A DNA stretch of 17,025 nucleotides from Ginkgo biloba (GCA_024626585.2 JANKJI020000004.1:137696829-137713853); one strand, 5' to 3'; counted from the first letter of the stretch, positions 1 through 10,914 are shown. Program-made: numbers and translations. The notes: generated from the sequence alone by a model not told the origin.

Positions 1-43
1 CCTTGAGTTATTTCAAGCAGTGATTATAGAATTCGCGGAAAAT

Positions 44-110
44 GGGCTATTAGCTTAGTGGTAGAGGGCACCCTTGAGAATTGTGTAGTTGTGCTTAGGC
101 AATGAAGGCT
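44..110 (+). pseudogene. trnI-GAU: Decayed plastid trnI-GAU 5' exon (44-80) plus start of its group II intron (81-110); nuclear plastid DNA (NUPT)
   Basis: The sequence GGGCTATTAGCTTAGTGGTAGAGGGCACCCTTGAGAA|TTGTGTAGTTGTGCTTAGGCAATGAAGGCT was compared with the recalled land-plant plastid GGGCTATTAGCTCAGTGGTAGAGCGCGCCCCTGATAA|TTGCGTCGTTGTGCCTGGGCTGTGAGGGCT. It matches at 32/37 (exon) and 23/30 (intron), mostly with C>T/G>A changes. The anticodon is mutated GAT>GAG and no 3' exon is seen. Confidence 0.85.
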
Positions 111-221
111 AGACTCTATTTGAGTCAATCTATGTCTAAACAAGGGAGACCTAAGTCAAAGGAACCTTTTGAATTACTTTGGGATTGCTTCAAAAAAAAA
201 AGAAAAACTCAAGGTCCACAG

Positions 222-305
222 AGCCATTTTACAAAACCATATGTAAAACTTGAGCTTCATACAACTCCCCAATGCTCACTGAGAAGTGGAACGAACAATA
301 CTTCA
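222..305 (-). other. Degenerate organellar group II intron domain V region (resembles plastid ycf3 intron 1), part of the NUPT
   Basis: The minus strand at 267-234 reads GAGTTGTATGAAGCTCAAGTTTTACATATGGTTT. This is a decayed form of the domain V consensus GAGCCGTATGAxxxxAAxTTTCAYGTACGGTTY, with the AGC triad changed to AGT. The ycf3 assignment is from memory only. Confidence 0.6.
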
Positions 306-3200
306 ATATTACCTCATTATGCACCTTGTACAATGAGGGAAGATAGGGAAAGAGAAAAGAAAAGGAAAAATAAACACTATAGCGTTCATAAATTGGAATC
401 CATTGTTTCTGCCATACAAAAGCCCAAGATCATTTCTTAATACGCCCAAAATTTATATTAAGCGATAATACTTTATTATTATTTATTATAAAATTATGCA
501 AAGTTTTTGAAGTGTGCAATTTTCTTTAGCTACACTTATTTTAGCATTGATTATTCGTATATATTCTTTTTGTCACCCATGATTGTTTTTTCCATTAAAT
601 CATCCTCTTCGCCTTCACTCTTCTCTTCATTAAATTTGATATAATTACTTTCATTGTTTCATTTGCAAAAGTTCATATGTTTTCTCATTTTCTTTCAATT
701 TGTGTCCCTTTCACTACATCTTTAGCCAGTTTCACGAATTCTTTCGACCTCTTTGGATCTAGATAGCCTTCTACTTTAGCCATGGCTTTCTCCTTTACAA
801 TATAGTTTCTTGCAGGTTGATTTCATGGCTTCATTAANNNNNNNNNNNNNNNNNNNNNNNNNNNCTATCTAGAGATCCTTTTGGATGCATCTTGGTGATG
901 ATATTGACACCTCATTTTTCCTTATACTCTGAATTCCAAGTGATTCTCATTATGTTTACTATCTTTACTATAGCTAGCAATACTAGACATATCTTTGCTT
1001 CAAGATAACCTAGACCAGAGAACACAAATATTGTGTGTTATGAACTTGATTCATGTTATGGACCTGAACCTAATTAATATGTNNNNNNNNNNNNNNNNNN
1101 NNNNNNNNNNNNNNNNNNNNNNNNNNNNNNNNNNNNNNNNNNNNNNNNNNNNNNNNNNNNNNNNNNNNNNNNNNNNNNNNNNAAGATCCTTGAAACCCCA
1201 GAAACCTTCAAATCTAATGTAGAACATTTCTAGAGGAATGACCCTTAACTATGAGCAAACAGGGATTATGCTTAATCAAGGAGAGAATGGCCTTATTTGT
1301 ACCATCTAGAACCCTATCTAATATTGAGTAGAGTAATCACCAAACCTCAATTGGATAATTACTCCTATGTAGACAAAAGACCTACTCCAAGGTTTTTCTA
1401 TTTTTCTTTTGTTTAAGTTTTTTTGTAAGGATCTGGGACCCCACCAATCTAGGCACTTAATTCCATCTAGTACAAGCTGGAAACCTAAGACAACCTTTCA
1501 CCCCAACCATGAAGGAATGTTTTCTATCTTTCAGTTTTTCTTTTTTAAATCTTTATCAAAGGGAAGACACTTGATCCTAAGCCCCCCCTACAACCTAAGT
1601 TACAACCAAGAGATTGATTGTTAAAAAGTAAAAAAATCCCCTTCTTTCTCTTACCCGAAGTGCATAGGACTAAACCTGACACTAAGGAGAGAGATCAACC
1701 TACCAACCAATTTTACACCATTCTAGTCATAAAGTATTACTCACATCCAAAAACAATGTAAGATTCACTTCCTAGGAAATCTATCTATCTCTAGTCTCCA
1801 CGAGTTACTATTCAATAACTCGATAAATGTGAAGAAGATGGAAGTGTGCAGAACCAAAATTGGATCGCTATACGAGTTTGTCACCCTCATCAGGAATGCT
1901 ATGCATCAAATGCACAATTATACTAGGAAAATGAGTGATCTAACTTTAACTTCCACAAAATGAATCTAAGAACTTGGTTGGGCCAATTATACCACTTATC
2001 CTCACCTCTAGTCCATCCATCAATTACCAACGAGAAAGAACGATGATTTGGAAGCCAAAAAATAATTTTTTTATTCATGAGAAAGCTTTAAATAAATAGA
2101 TAAGAGATGGTGGGCAATTGCGTCCCCAATGCCCTCATAATCATACTCAAATACAAGCTTAACAACAAACTAACTTTAAGTCAAAAAAAATCTTGAAACT
2201 ACCTGGTCCAAGGGAGGATTAGGTTCCGAATAACAAATCCAGGACATTTAGAACTAATACCCCAAGAACCAAGTGCCCAAAATATATCGTTTTCATATTT
2301 TGAAACATAATTTTGAACATAAAAAGACATGGAGACAGGAAGAACCTGCACAAGTGGAATTTACACATATTAACAACTAGTGCCTAAGTGTTCCATGCAT
2401 CACCATATACACAATTTGACAAACTTTTAATTATCTTCTACTCAATTTCTCCTACTAATGAATGGCTTGCCAACACCCAATAGGTAAACTCGTTATTGTC
2501 ATCAACNNNNNNNNNNNNNNNNNNNNNNNNNNNNNNNNNNNNNNNNNNNNNNNNNNNNNNNNNNNNNNNNNNNNNNNNNNNNNNNNNNNNNNNNNNNNNN
2601 NNNNNNNNNNNNNNNNNNNNNNNNNNNNNNNNNNNNNNNNNNNNNNNNNNNNNNNNNNNNNNNNNNNNNNNNNNNNNNNNNNNNNNNNNNNNNNNNNNNN
2701 NNNNNNNNNNNNNNNNNNNNNNNNNNNNNNNNNNNNNNNNNNNNNNNATTATAAAGGCTTTGGCATGTGTTGCTATCTGAAACTACAAGGGATGGTCAAT
2801 CTTAAATCAGATCCAAACATGTTTGGACTTCTGTGGAAAGAGTAGTACAACTACAAAAACTCAATTAGAGGGTTCAACCTACCCTAAAAACTCATTCTTC
2901 AGTTAAAAATCAATCATAAAAAAGTTTCACCTTTTATAAATCAGCTAGGAGTAGTAGATTTCAGTCATTAGATAATCCTATTGACTTTTGGAAGACATAA
3001 AATAGTCTTGAGCTATTGCAAGTTAAATTGGTGGGCATGGGAAAGGAGCTTTTGACCTGTAACAAGTTTTAGGTGCCCAACATAGGAGGTAAGCAACAAG
3101 GTTGTCCATTCATATTCAAGCATGTGGCTTGAGGATGATTTCTTTTGGTTGAATTTTATGCACGTTTGGAGCCGTGTTTAGGTTGTTTCATGGTGTTTTC

Positions 3201-3272
3201 ATCCATGTATATTTCGAGTCGAGAGTTGGGGCAAATTTTGATTGATCCATGTATATTTTGGGTCAAGTGTTG
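3201..3272. repeat. Short imperfect direct repeat (2 x ~28 bp, 44-bp spacing)
   Basis: ATCCATGTATATTTCGAGTCGAGAGTTG at 3201 and ATCCATGTATATTTTGGGTCAAGTGTTG at 3245. Confidence 0.75.
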
Positions 3273-5349
3273 AGGTTGCTACATAAACACATGGCTTTCC
3301 TAAGAAAATCCTACCTAGATTAGTGGGCAATAAAACAATCACAAAAGACAACACAATATGAGAAAGAAAGGAAGCTAAAAAACAAGACAATACAAAAGAA
3401 TTAAAAAGAGAAGGATGTAGCACAATGACCCACAAAATACAAAGCGAACTTAGATAGCATAAATACATACCATTGACCCAGTTATCAAGGATTCAACCTC
3501 CACGCAGAGCTCAAGAGAAATAGCAATCAAAGAGGAGCTAACAAATTTTCACTCACAAACACAAAGTCAACTAAATAGATATACACTAACCAAGCATCAG
3601 TCGAAACCCAAGGAAGATCAAAAAGGAATGTGACACAACAAATATGATTTAACAATACTAGGGTTCAAATCCCACTGGAAATTCTAAAGCAAAAGAAAGA
3701 ATGGAAACACGGTGTAGACAAAGTTACACCTGACAAATAGAATGGTATGAAGATTCATAGGTGTAAAGTTTTGCAAATAATACAAGAGCTAGCATCTCAT
3801 GATAAGGGAATTGATATTGGGGAACCACTCGATAAGAACGAAGCATGTGCATAAGCCATTCAATGGATGCAAAGAAATGGTACAAAATAAAATAAATCCA
3901 CCTTTCAAAGTCAAGTACAAAAAATATTTATGAATCAATTCACTTGGCTTGAGCATTTTGAGCCATGTCCTTTTCTCGTACAAAATCAAGCAAATGATGC
4001 ATGCATGGACTTTGGATTCTAGATCAAATGTTGTAGTAAGAAAAGACATGAGAAAGTGCTTGAACTTGGACATAACAAGTTCATCCAAGATGAAGGGATA
4101 AAGTTCTCAATAATTCTAATTTATACACAAAGGTAAATCCTTCTCTTAATTACAAATTTCAACAGAAGCTCAGCAAGCCAAGAAAATCTCTCAAATAAAG
4201 GTGAATCCTCGAAGAATTGCTTATAGAGACAGTTATTAAAGCAAGCCATGGAGATTAGGGTGAAGAAGGTGAAACCACCAGAGGATAGAGGATTGGTTAT
4301 GGCTTCCAACACAAGATCGAGCATACAGGATTAACTGATGCATTGGCATTTTGAACCACAAGCTCTAAAGATTGAAGCATTTTTAATTCGGAATGATGTT
4401 GATAAGGAGGAACAATTGAAATGAGACTTGAGTTTCCTTTCAGTCAAAAATGGACAAGAACATGGAAGCTTGCAATTACCTCCCTCCATCACGAGCAAAC
4501 AAAAGCTGAACCCGCCATCAATATGCACGTCAAGGTATGCAAGCAGCTACCATGGCACCATAACCAATACAAGGATAGCGCAGAAGATGTAAATATGTAC
4601 AACACCTAGAGATAGTCGATGAGCAAGCTACACCAAGCAAAAGGCCACATTGATTAACACTCTTTCCAAATCCAATCAAGCTTTTCTTTGAGGCCCTCAA
4701 CAAGGAGCAAATTCAATCATTGTCGGAGCTAGATCAAATGCAAGAGAGAATGTACAAAATTGAAGCAAGAATAACAAACTACAATTTGACTACGTATTTC
4801 CAAGTTATGGATCCAAGTTAACATTAAGACTACAGGAACATTCCATGCACAAAAGCAATCACATCATATCACAATGAGTTTGTGACGAAAATCATACAAA
4901 CAATAGTCGAAGAAATGCGATAATACATCGAGGTCTACATAGATAGCACAATCACACAACACAACGATCGTACTCATGTCACCCAATCCCTAATACGATG
5001 ATCAAGCCAAGTCCAAGCACATCATTGTCAACCCATCCAAAGGCGTTTAGGCTCAACTATTTCTCCCATAGGTGACCGACCATGTCAAGCAACTGCTAGT
5101 TTTCTAATTCGATGGCAATGTGTTCTACGTTCGATCAAGGAGAGAATTGAATGTCAAAAAGTGATCGACAATGGATCAAATGATGCAATTACTTTGTGAT
5201 ATAATGATTTGTTCCAATGGCGGATGACTTTGGTTGGGTTCGACAAACACCATCTAGCCCATAATCCCCAAGGGTCAGGGGCATCAAATGTGTGCCATGT
5301 GATAGGAATTGCCATAAAAATCTCTCCATGCTATAAGTTGATCAATTCT

Positions 5350-5492
5350 AGAAATTTAACATTGACTTTTCTGACTACCCTACAAGGAGCATTCTTATTA
5401 TACTTGTTCTTGTTTTAAGTTGATATTGGAAATTTATCCTTCCTAAGAAATACCAAAATTATATCACTAACTTTAAATTCTTTATTCTTGTG
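5350..5492 (-). mobile_element. Ty3/gypsy integrase C-terminal (GPY/F module) remnant
   Basis: The translation KEFKVSDIILVFLRKDKFPIST*NKNKYNKNAPCRVVRKVN matches the motif EFKxGDxVLVxLRKERFPxGTYNKLKxKKxGPCRxxRKIN. It has an in-frame stop and is cut by an N gap. Confidence 0.75.
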
Positions 5493-5671
5493 ANNNNNNN
5501 NNNNNNNNNNNNNNNNNNNNNNNNNNNNNNNNNNNNNNNNNNNNNNNNNNNNNNNNNNNNNNNNNNNNNNNNNNNNNNNNNNNNNNNNNNNNNAAGAATC
5601 ATACCAATACAATGCATAATAATGATGATATCACAAAATCATAAGAGGCTCTTTTTAGGTGGAGGGAACCC

Positions 5672-5951
5672 CGTACACAACGGTGGGTGATCATCGGTGA
5701 CGGTGGACATACCAAATCACCAACAACTACCCCATAAACATGATCTAAGTAAATTGCATCTCGTAACTAATCGTCGAACAATCATTGGTTGATTCCCTAA
5801 CATCTAGACAAAGCTTAGCATCATCCAATAGTCACTAAGCAACATTTGACTACTCCCTAATAGCGTCCTATCACAGCTAAGGTTGCTCACGACTTACAAA
5901 TGTCGAGGTTAACCACACACAAAATAGTCGCTAACATCTAGCCCCTCTCCT
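5672..5951 (-). mobile_element. Probable polypurine tract (5951-5941) and start of a 3' LTR (TG at 5936, running leftwards)
   Basis: The minus strand reads CTTGAGCGGGACTCTTAAGTTTAGGAGAGGGGC-TAGA-TGTTAGCG, a typical gypsy PPT/LTR junction. The left LTR end is uncertain and no second LTR copy was found in the window. Confidence 0.5.
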
Positions 5952-5980
5952 AAACTTAAGAGTCCCGCTCAAGCAAACAA

Positions 5981-6904
5981 CTATGTGGAAGGGGGGAAAG
6001 AAAGCAAAGGTAGTGATGTTGTTGGTACTGATGTTCGTGGTGCTGATGGTATTGAGGCTCACCCAAACGCCGAGGTCTCCATCAGTGAAAGCTATGAAGG
6101 TCCTACCCTGGTGACTTATGCCCTGCTCAAATACTATCTAGCTCCTTTTCCAAGTGGGTGGCCTTTTTAACCATAATATAAGCTACCTAAGTAGTCTTTA
6201 CCATTTAGCATCGCTCCTTAGCCACATTATGTTCCAATTGTTAGATGGTCGTCTCATACTCAACCAAGGCTTCTGTCGTAATTGCTTAATGTCCAAGCCG
6301 CCATTCTACCAATTGTTGCTCCATATGTTGAAATGCTTCCAAATACTTTTCTCCTAACTTGGACATTCCACACTCAATACTTTGGATTTGCTCGCTTGTA
6401 AGCCATATATGATCCTCCCATTGGGCCATTGATAATGCATTAAGTTTTGCATTCCATGCCTTTGGATCTCATCTACCACTTTGTTTCTAGCCAGTGGAAG
6501 AAATAACTCCGTCTAGCTAATCCATGACTCAAAAAACAACAATCCTTAAATCCATTTTCTTTGTCACTTTTGAGAAATCACCAAGCACATAATTTGGGGT
6601 ACCACTAAAGACATATTCAAAATAGGTAAACCAAAATGATTCCCAAAGTTGCGCAAGTTATCAGAAATGTTAAGCGTCAACTTCTCTCTAAACATTAACC
6701 TCCCTCTGAAGATCATTTTTCCAAATGTCAACGTCCTCTGACCTTTTGAGCTCCCTCCATCAACTACTCGATTGTTGGTCACTCCCCAGGAATCAACCAA
6801 TCTCTAGGTACCAACCACTCTCCAGATATCTCCAACCCCTTGAACCCTCTAGAGGGCAAACACTCTCTCCCAAAGATCTTTACAAAACTTGGTAACTTCC
6901 CCAT
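5981..6904 (-). pseudogene. Decayed ~300-codon extra ORF of an LTR retrotransposon (env-like position), function unknown
   Basis: It starts with ATG at 6904 (MGKLPSFVKIFGRECLPSRGFKGLEISGEWLVPRDWLIPGE). Internal protein-like blocks include LAQLWESFWFTYFEYVFSGTPNYVLGDF and helical DPKAWNAKLNALSMAQWEDHIWLTSEQIQSIECGMSKLGEKYLEAFQHMEQQLVEW. It ends in a Pro/Ser-rich tail SIPSAPRTSVPTTSLPLLSFPPST* at 5981, about 30 bp before the PPT. There are multiple stops and frameshifts. Confidence 0.55.
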
Positions 6905-7025
6905 GGACAACAACTTTCTGCAAGACTTTGAAAATATGAAGGAGAAACAAATAAAATTTGATCACAAAAATTACCCGATGCTTCCTTAGTCGGCTCTTGC
7001 TCAAACAACGTCACTTGTCTTATTT

Positions 7026-7279
7026 TCAACACTTGCTCAATCATCAACGAAGTAAATTATCCAGGCAACAGATGGCCGCTAATCTACGCCTATAGATTAC
7101 TCCAACCTTATCGGAGTAATTTACAAGCGTAGATGACTTCCCATCTGTCGCCTGGATAGTTTACTCCATCATCAACCCTTGTTTAGTCATCAATGGTTGC
7201 CACATTGTCAATAGTTGTTCTATCACCAACACTTGTCCCATCATCAACACTTGCCCAATCAATAACACTTGCACCAATG
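7026..7279. repeat. 18-bp minisatellite (~7 units, consensus TCAACACTTGYCCAATCA), interrupted by a MITE
   Basis: Units start at 7026, 7044 (split by the insertion, resuming at 7172), 7190, 7208, 7226, 7244 and 7262. Confidence 0.85.
7049..7167. mobile_element. 119-bp foldback MITE, Mutator (MULE)-like, with 9-bp target-site duplication ATCATCAAC
   Basis: Arms 7049-7105 and 7111-7167 are inverted repeats (45/57 identical, no indels) around a 5-nt loop. Both termini begin with G (GAAGTAAA/GGAGTAAA). ATCATCAAC flanks the element at 7040-7048 and 7168-7176. Confidence 0.85.
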
Positions 7280-7906
7280 ACAATCACCCAAACCATTTTT
7301 GAAAACATTTTAAAGTCTTAACACTATCCAATCTTGTTACAATCCAATTATCCATCACCGTGCATACTTGATTGATGCGCATCATACAAAAGTTGTTTAA
7401 GTCTAAATGATGCTCACAAAAGAATGTTTCCAAAAGAAATAATAGTAAATTTTATGTGCAGGTCCTATTCGATTGTAGTCTTGGCAAGCTCTCACTGATC
7501 TTGAGTGGGAAGTNNNNNNNNNNNNNNNNNNNNNNNNNNNNNNNNNNNNNNNNNNNNNNNNNNNNNNNNNNNNNNNNNNNNNNNNNNNNNNNNNNNNNNN
7601 NNNNNNNNNNNNNNNNNNNNNNNNNNNNNNNNNNNNNNNNNNNNNNNNNNNNNNNNNNNNNNNNNNNNNNNNNNNNNNNNNNNNNNNNNNNNNNNNNNNN
7701 NNNNNNNNNNNNNNNNNNNNNNNNNNNNNNNNNNNNNNNNNNNNNNNNNNNNNNNNNNNNNNNNNNNNNNNNNNNNNNNNNNNNNNNNNNNNNNNNNNNN
7801 NNNNNNNNNNNNNNNNNNNNNNNNNNNNNNNNNNNNNNNNNNNNNNNNNNNNNNNNNNNNNNNNNNNNNNNNNNNNNNNNNNNNNNNNNNNNNNNNNNNN
7901 NNNNNN

Positions 7907-10214
7907 CAATATGCCCTTCTTTTTTAGGGTATGACAATAAGAAGAAACCTAATCACCAATGTTTATCTTGAAATGAGTTTTGGCATCTAGTATTTTCATG
8001 ATCTCTTATTGTACGCAAACCACATACTTCAAATTCATTCAATATGGTCGTGATCCAACAAACTTTGCCTCAAGGATAAGATCAATAGGATAATCATGAT
8101 ATGCCAAGGAAAACACATATTTAAATTCCTTCAATATGTTATTATAATTGCTATAAGTGTTAGATCCCATGAATTTTCTATGATAATCTTTTAAAGAATA
8201 TTCTAACACAAAATTGGGTTTTATCATCATAAGACCTTCATATATGATATCCTTTCCATTAGGAAATATGTGCACTAGAGTTACTTTAATTCCTATCTCA
8301 CTGACCATAACATTTAAAAAACAAGGTGGGAAGACATTTTTTTCTCAAATTCAACATCATATTTTGTATCCATGATGTCACTTACAATCTCGTTTTGATT
8401 GTTATCTTATTTAGTCTAATGCAATTCAAATTGGAAACATTCAAATGAGAATAATACATAGTCCCCTACTTGTCAATATAGTAGACCACTATCCAAAAGA
8501 ACATCTTTTGAACATCGATCCACCATTAACATTCCATATTTTTTTGGCTCATATGGTGCATCTTCAAACAATGCACACATATCATCATCATCATGACTAT
8601 CACCATTGATCAAACTTAAACTTGACATCAATTCTTCACTCATCCTCTATTTTGTAAATAAATGCAAAGCCTCTTTTTTCTATTTTGCTTAATTGCTAAT
8701 GTATCTCATCCCTAATGTTGAAATGTTTATGCTTGCCTGAGCCATGGTATCCAAGTAATGCACAATACGTTATTGTCCTTGAAGACATAGAGATAACCAC
8801 AAAATCCACCTTGAAAGTCTGATTGGCAATGTAAATAACATGGTCCATCAAGAGTCCTAGTGGTTGAACTCAACTCCAATCCATTATTCATAGTCCGCTT
8901 TATTATGCCCAAAATGTTGGTTGACCAATGTTGACATATAGTCTTTGAGATGATATTGCCTCCTAATCCACCATTCACAATAGTTTGAGCCAATTCTTAA
9001 TCCCTTATTCTAATAGTAATTATCAATGCATGATCCTCTCTAATTCATAGAGAATCTGCATCTAGAACATTATCCACAATCACATCATTCTGAGTTGGCA
9101 ACCCTATGAGTGCACATTCTACCACAATTGGGGGTATTGTCGATGTTCGCACTACTATCCTCTTATGTACTTCCTCCTGAGTTTGTTCAACCAAAGCTTT
9201 CACTATGTTCGGTATGGATGCAACCAATGTGACCAACTCAATTAACATTTCAAATTGAAGAACTTGTCAAATCAAATTATTTGTAATAATTGCCCCATCC
9301 TCAATCATCATCATATTGATGTGGATTGTTTTCACTCTATCATTAGTCACCTTTCGTTCGTCATCCGCTTTCTTTTGTGCACGCGCCTTTCAAAACTGTT
9401 TTGATCTTTCGTGGATGGTTGTTTTTCCTTTAGCAATTCCTGAATATTTTCTTGAGCAACCTACCGTCGCTCTTTTCCAACTTTTGGCTCAAGGTGTTGT
9501 TGCTTAATTCTGACTTTTCTCTGAATTTCTACCACATAGGATGACTCATCTTTGTTTTCGTTTAGTTCTGCATGAACAAAATGACTCATCTTGTCCTTCT
9601 GCTTTAGATAGGTTTTATCATCATGATTACCTGGGTCGCACCATTTGCACAATTTTGTGCTACTCTAATTCTAATGTGTACAATCTCTATAACTAAATGT
9701 CCCCATTCTTGACATTTTTTACATTGGATAATCAAATGTCCCAACGAATCATAATTGATTCATCCCCCAAAAATCTTGATTTAGCCTCTTACTTTGATTA
9801 GAGTGAAAATTCATCACCCTATCGTCCATACACCACATTTTACTTCAGGGGCAATGCTTCGTCGTCCACAAGATAGACTTAGGTATCTTGTGTTCATTGT
9901 CTATTCTTTGCAATCCAAATGCAACCATTTGTACTATGATTTTTTGTCTTGGAAATGTCACAATACTTACTAGGCTTGAGATAATTCTCCTTCTTAATGA
10001 CCTTGCACTTTACACTTGAACTTTATGCACCAAATTTATTTCCACTCTTTCTTGTTTTTGCGAGGATAGCTCCTTCATCATTCAATCACATATTGATGCA
10101 AGCCTAGAATGGAGGATGGCTCCTAACATACTTTTGTACTAAGGGACTTCCATCAACAAGACTCGATCTTCTCCTCCATCTACAAATCCGATGCTCAATT
10201 AACGGCTTCACCAT
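7907..10214 (-). mobile_element. Decayed Ty3/gypsy (non-chromovirus, Athila/Tat-like) gag-protease-RT fragment
   Basis: Gag CCHC-type knuckles: CDISKTKNHSTNGC (9962-9921), CKKCQEWGH (9723-9697) and CKWCDPGNHDDKTY (9649-9608). Retropepsin: TIVNGGLGGNIIS...IPWLRQA (~8990-8730, catalytic D>N). RT N-terminus: LKEFKYVFSLAYHD..PIDLILEAKFVGSRPY*MNLKY..EIMKILDA, running into the N gap. Many stops and frameshifts. Confidence 0.88.
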
Positions 10215-10788
10215 NNNNNNNNNNNNNNNNNNNNNNNNNNNNNNNNNNNNNNNNNNNNNNNNNNNNNNNNNNNNNNNNNNNNNNNNNNNNNNNNNNNNNN
10301 NNNNNNNNNNNNNNATTGTCATTTTTATGCAATAATTAGGGGTCTCGCAATAAGGTCCGAATACAACTTGTAAAAATATGCGAATAAACAAAACCAACCA
10401 ATCATAATATAGGTAATGTAGCCAACGTTGTTCCACAACAATATTAAATAATACTGCAAGTAAAATTTTCCTTTTATGTACAAATGGTATAACTAATTGT
10501 TAGATTAGGAAAATTGTGTGTACAATAAAAAAAATTGAGGTTCGTCATATTGATTAACTGCCTCAGGGTCCACCCCAACTTGTAATGCCTAGAATAAACG
10601 AGGGTGCAAGGTTGGCACAAACAGGAAACCCAATAAACTGAGTACATATTCAAGCTGCAAGAATGGCAATCTAACCAAATCAGCCACAGGCTACAAGGTT
10701 GCCCTACACATCATAAGACATGCAATACAATTCATAAAATCTAGTCATGGTTACCACATGCAAGTATGATAACCTGAATGATGCTTAC

Positions 10789-10914
10789 CACTCCAGTATC
10801 ATGGTTCACACATGTCATGTTAATCCGAGATTGAAATCTAACACTTGGGGACTTATTTGGGTAGTCCTTGTCACAAAATAGCTTTAACTGGTATATGCGG
10901 CCCTCATGAACTGT
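10789..10914 (-). CDS. UEV1: Ubiquitin-conjugating enzyme E2 variant (UEV1/MMS2 family), coding exon 3
   Basis: Encodes [42 protein letters not shown], nearly identical to plant UEV1 as recalled. It is bounded by acceptor atgcag| and donor |gtaagc; 126 nt, phase 0/0. Confidence 0.96.

Noticed and set aside
102-440. 112-aa Lys-rich ORF
   Set aside because: It overlaps decayed plastid intron sequence and A-rich tracts and has no recognisable domain.
480-2500. Repeat-like sequence with K/E-rich broken frames on the minus strand
   Set aside because: It is probably retroelement debris, but I could not identify a diagnostic domain, PBS, PPT or LTR pair.
7141-7308. The minus-strand translation of the minisatellite (VDDGTSVGDRTTIDNVATIDD) resembles a hexapeptide left-handed beta-helix repeat
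   Set aside because: It is a by-product of the 18-bp periodicity. The frame is short, has an internal stop, is interrupted by the MITE and has no gene context.
7403-7971. Long ORFs in the track (also 995-1222, 2462-2845, 5490-5690, 14414-14651)
   Set aside because: These are artefacts of N runs translated as X. Several gaps are exactly 100 N and so are probably placeholders of unknown size.
10315-10440. Minus-strand TGTTGTGGAA at 10440 as the 5' LTR partner of the LTR at 5936
   Set aside because: The two show no similarity beyond TGTT, so a full-length element cannot be delimited.
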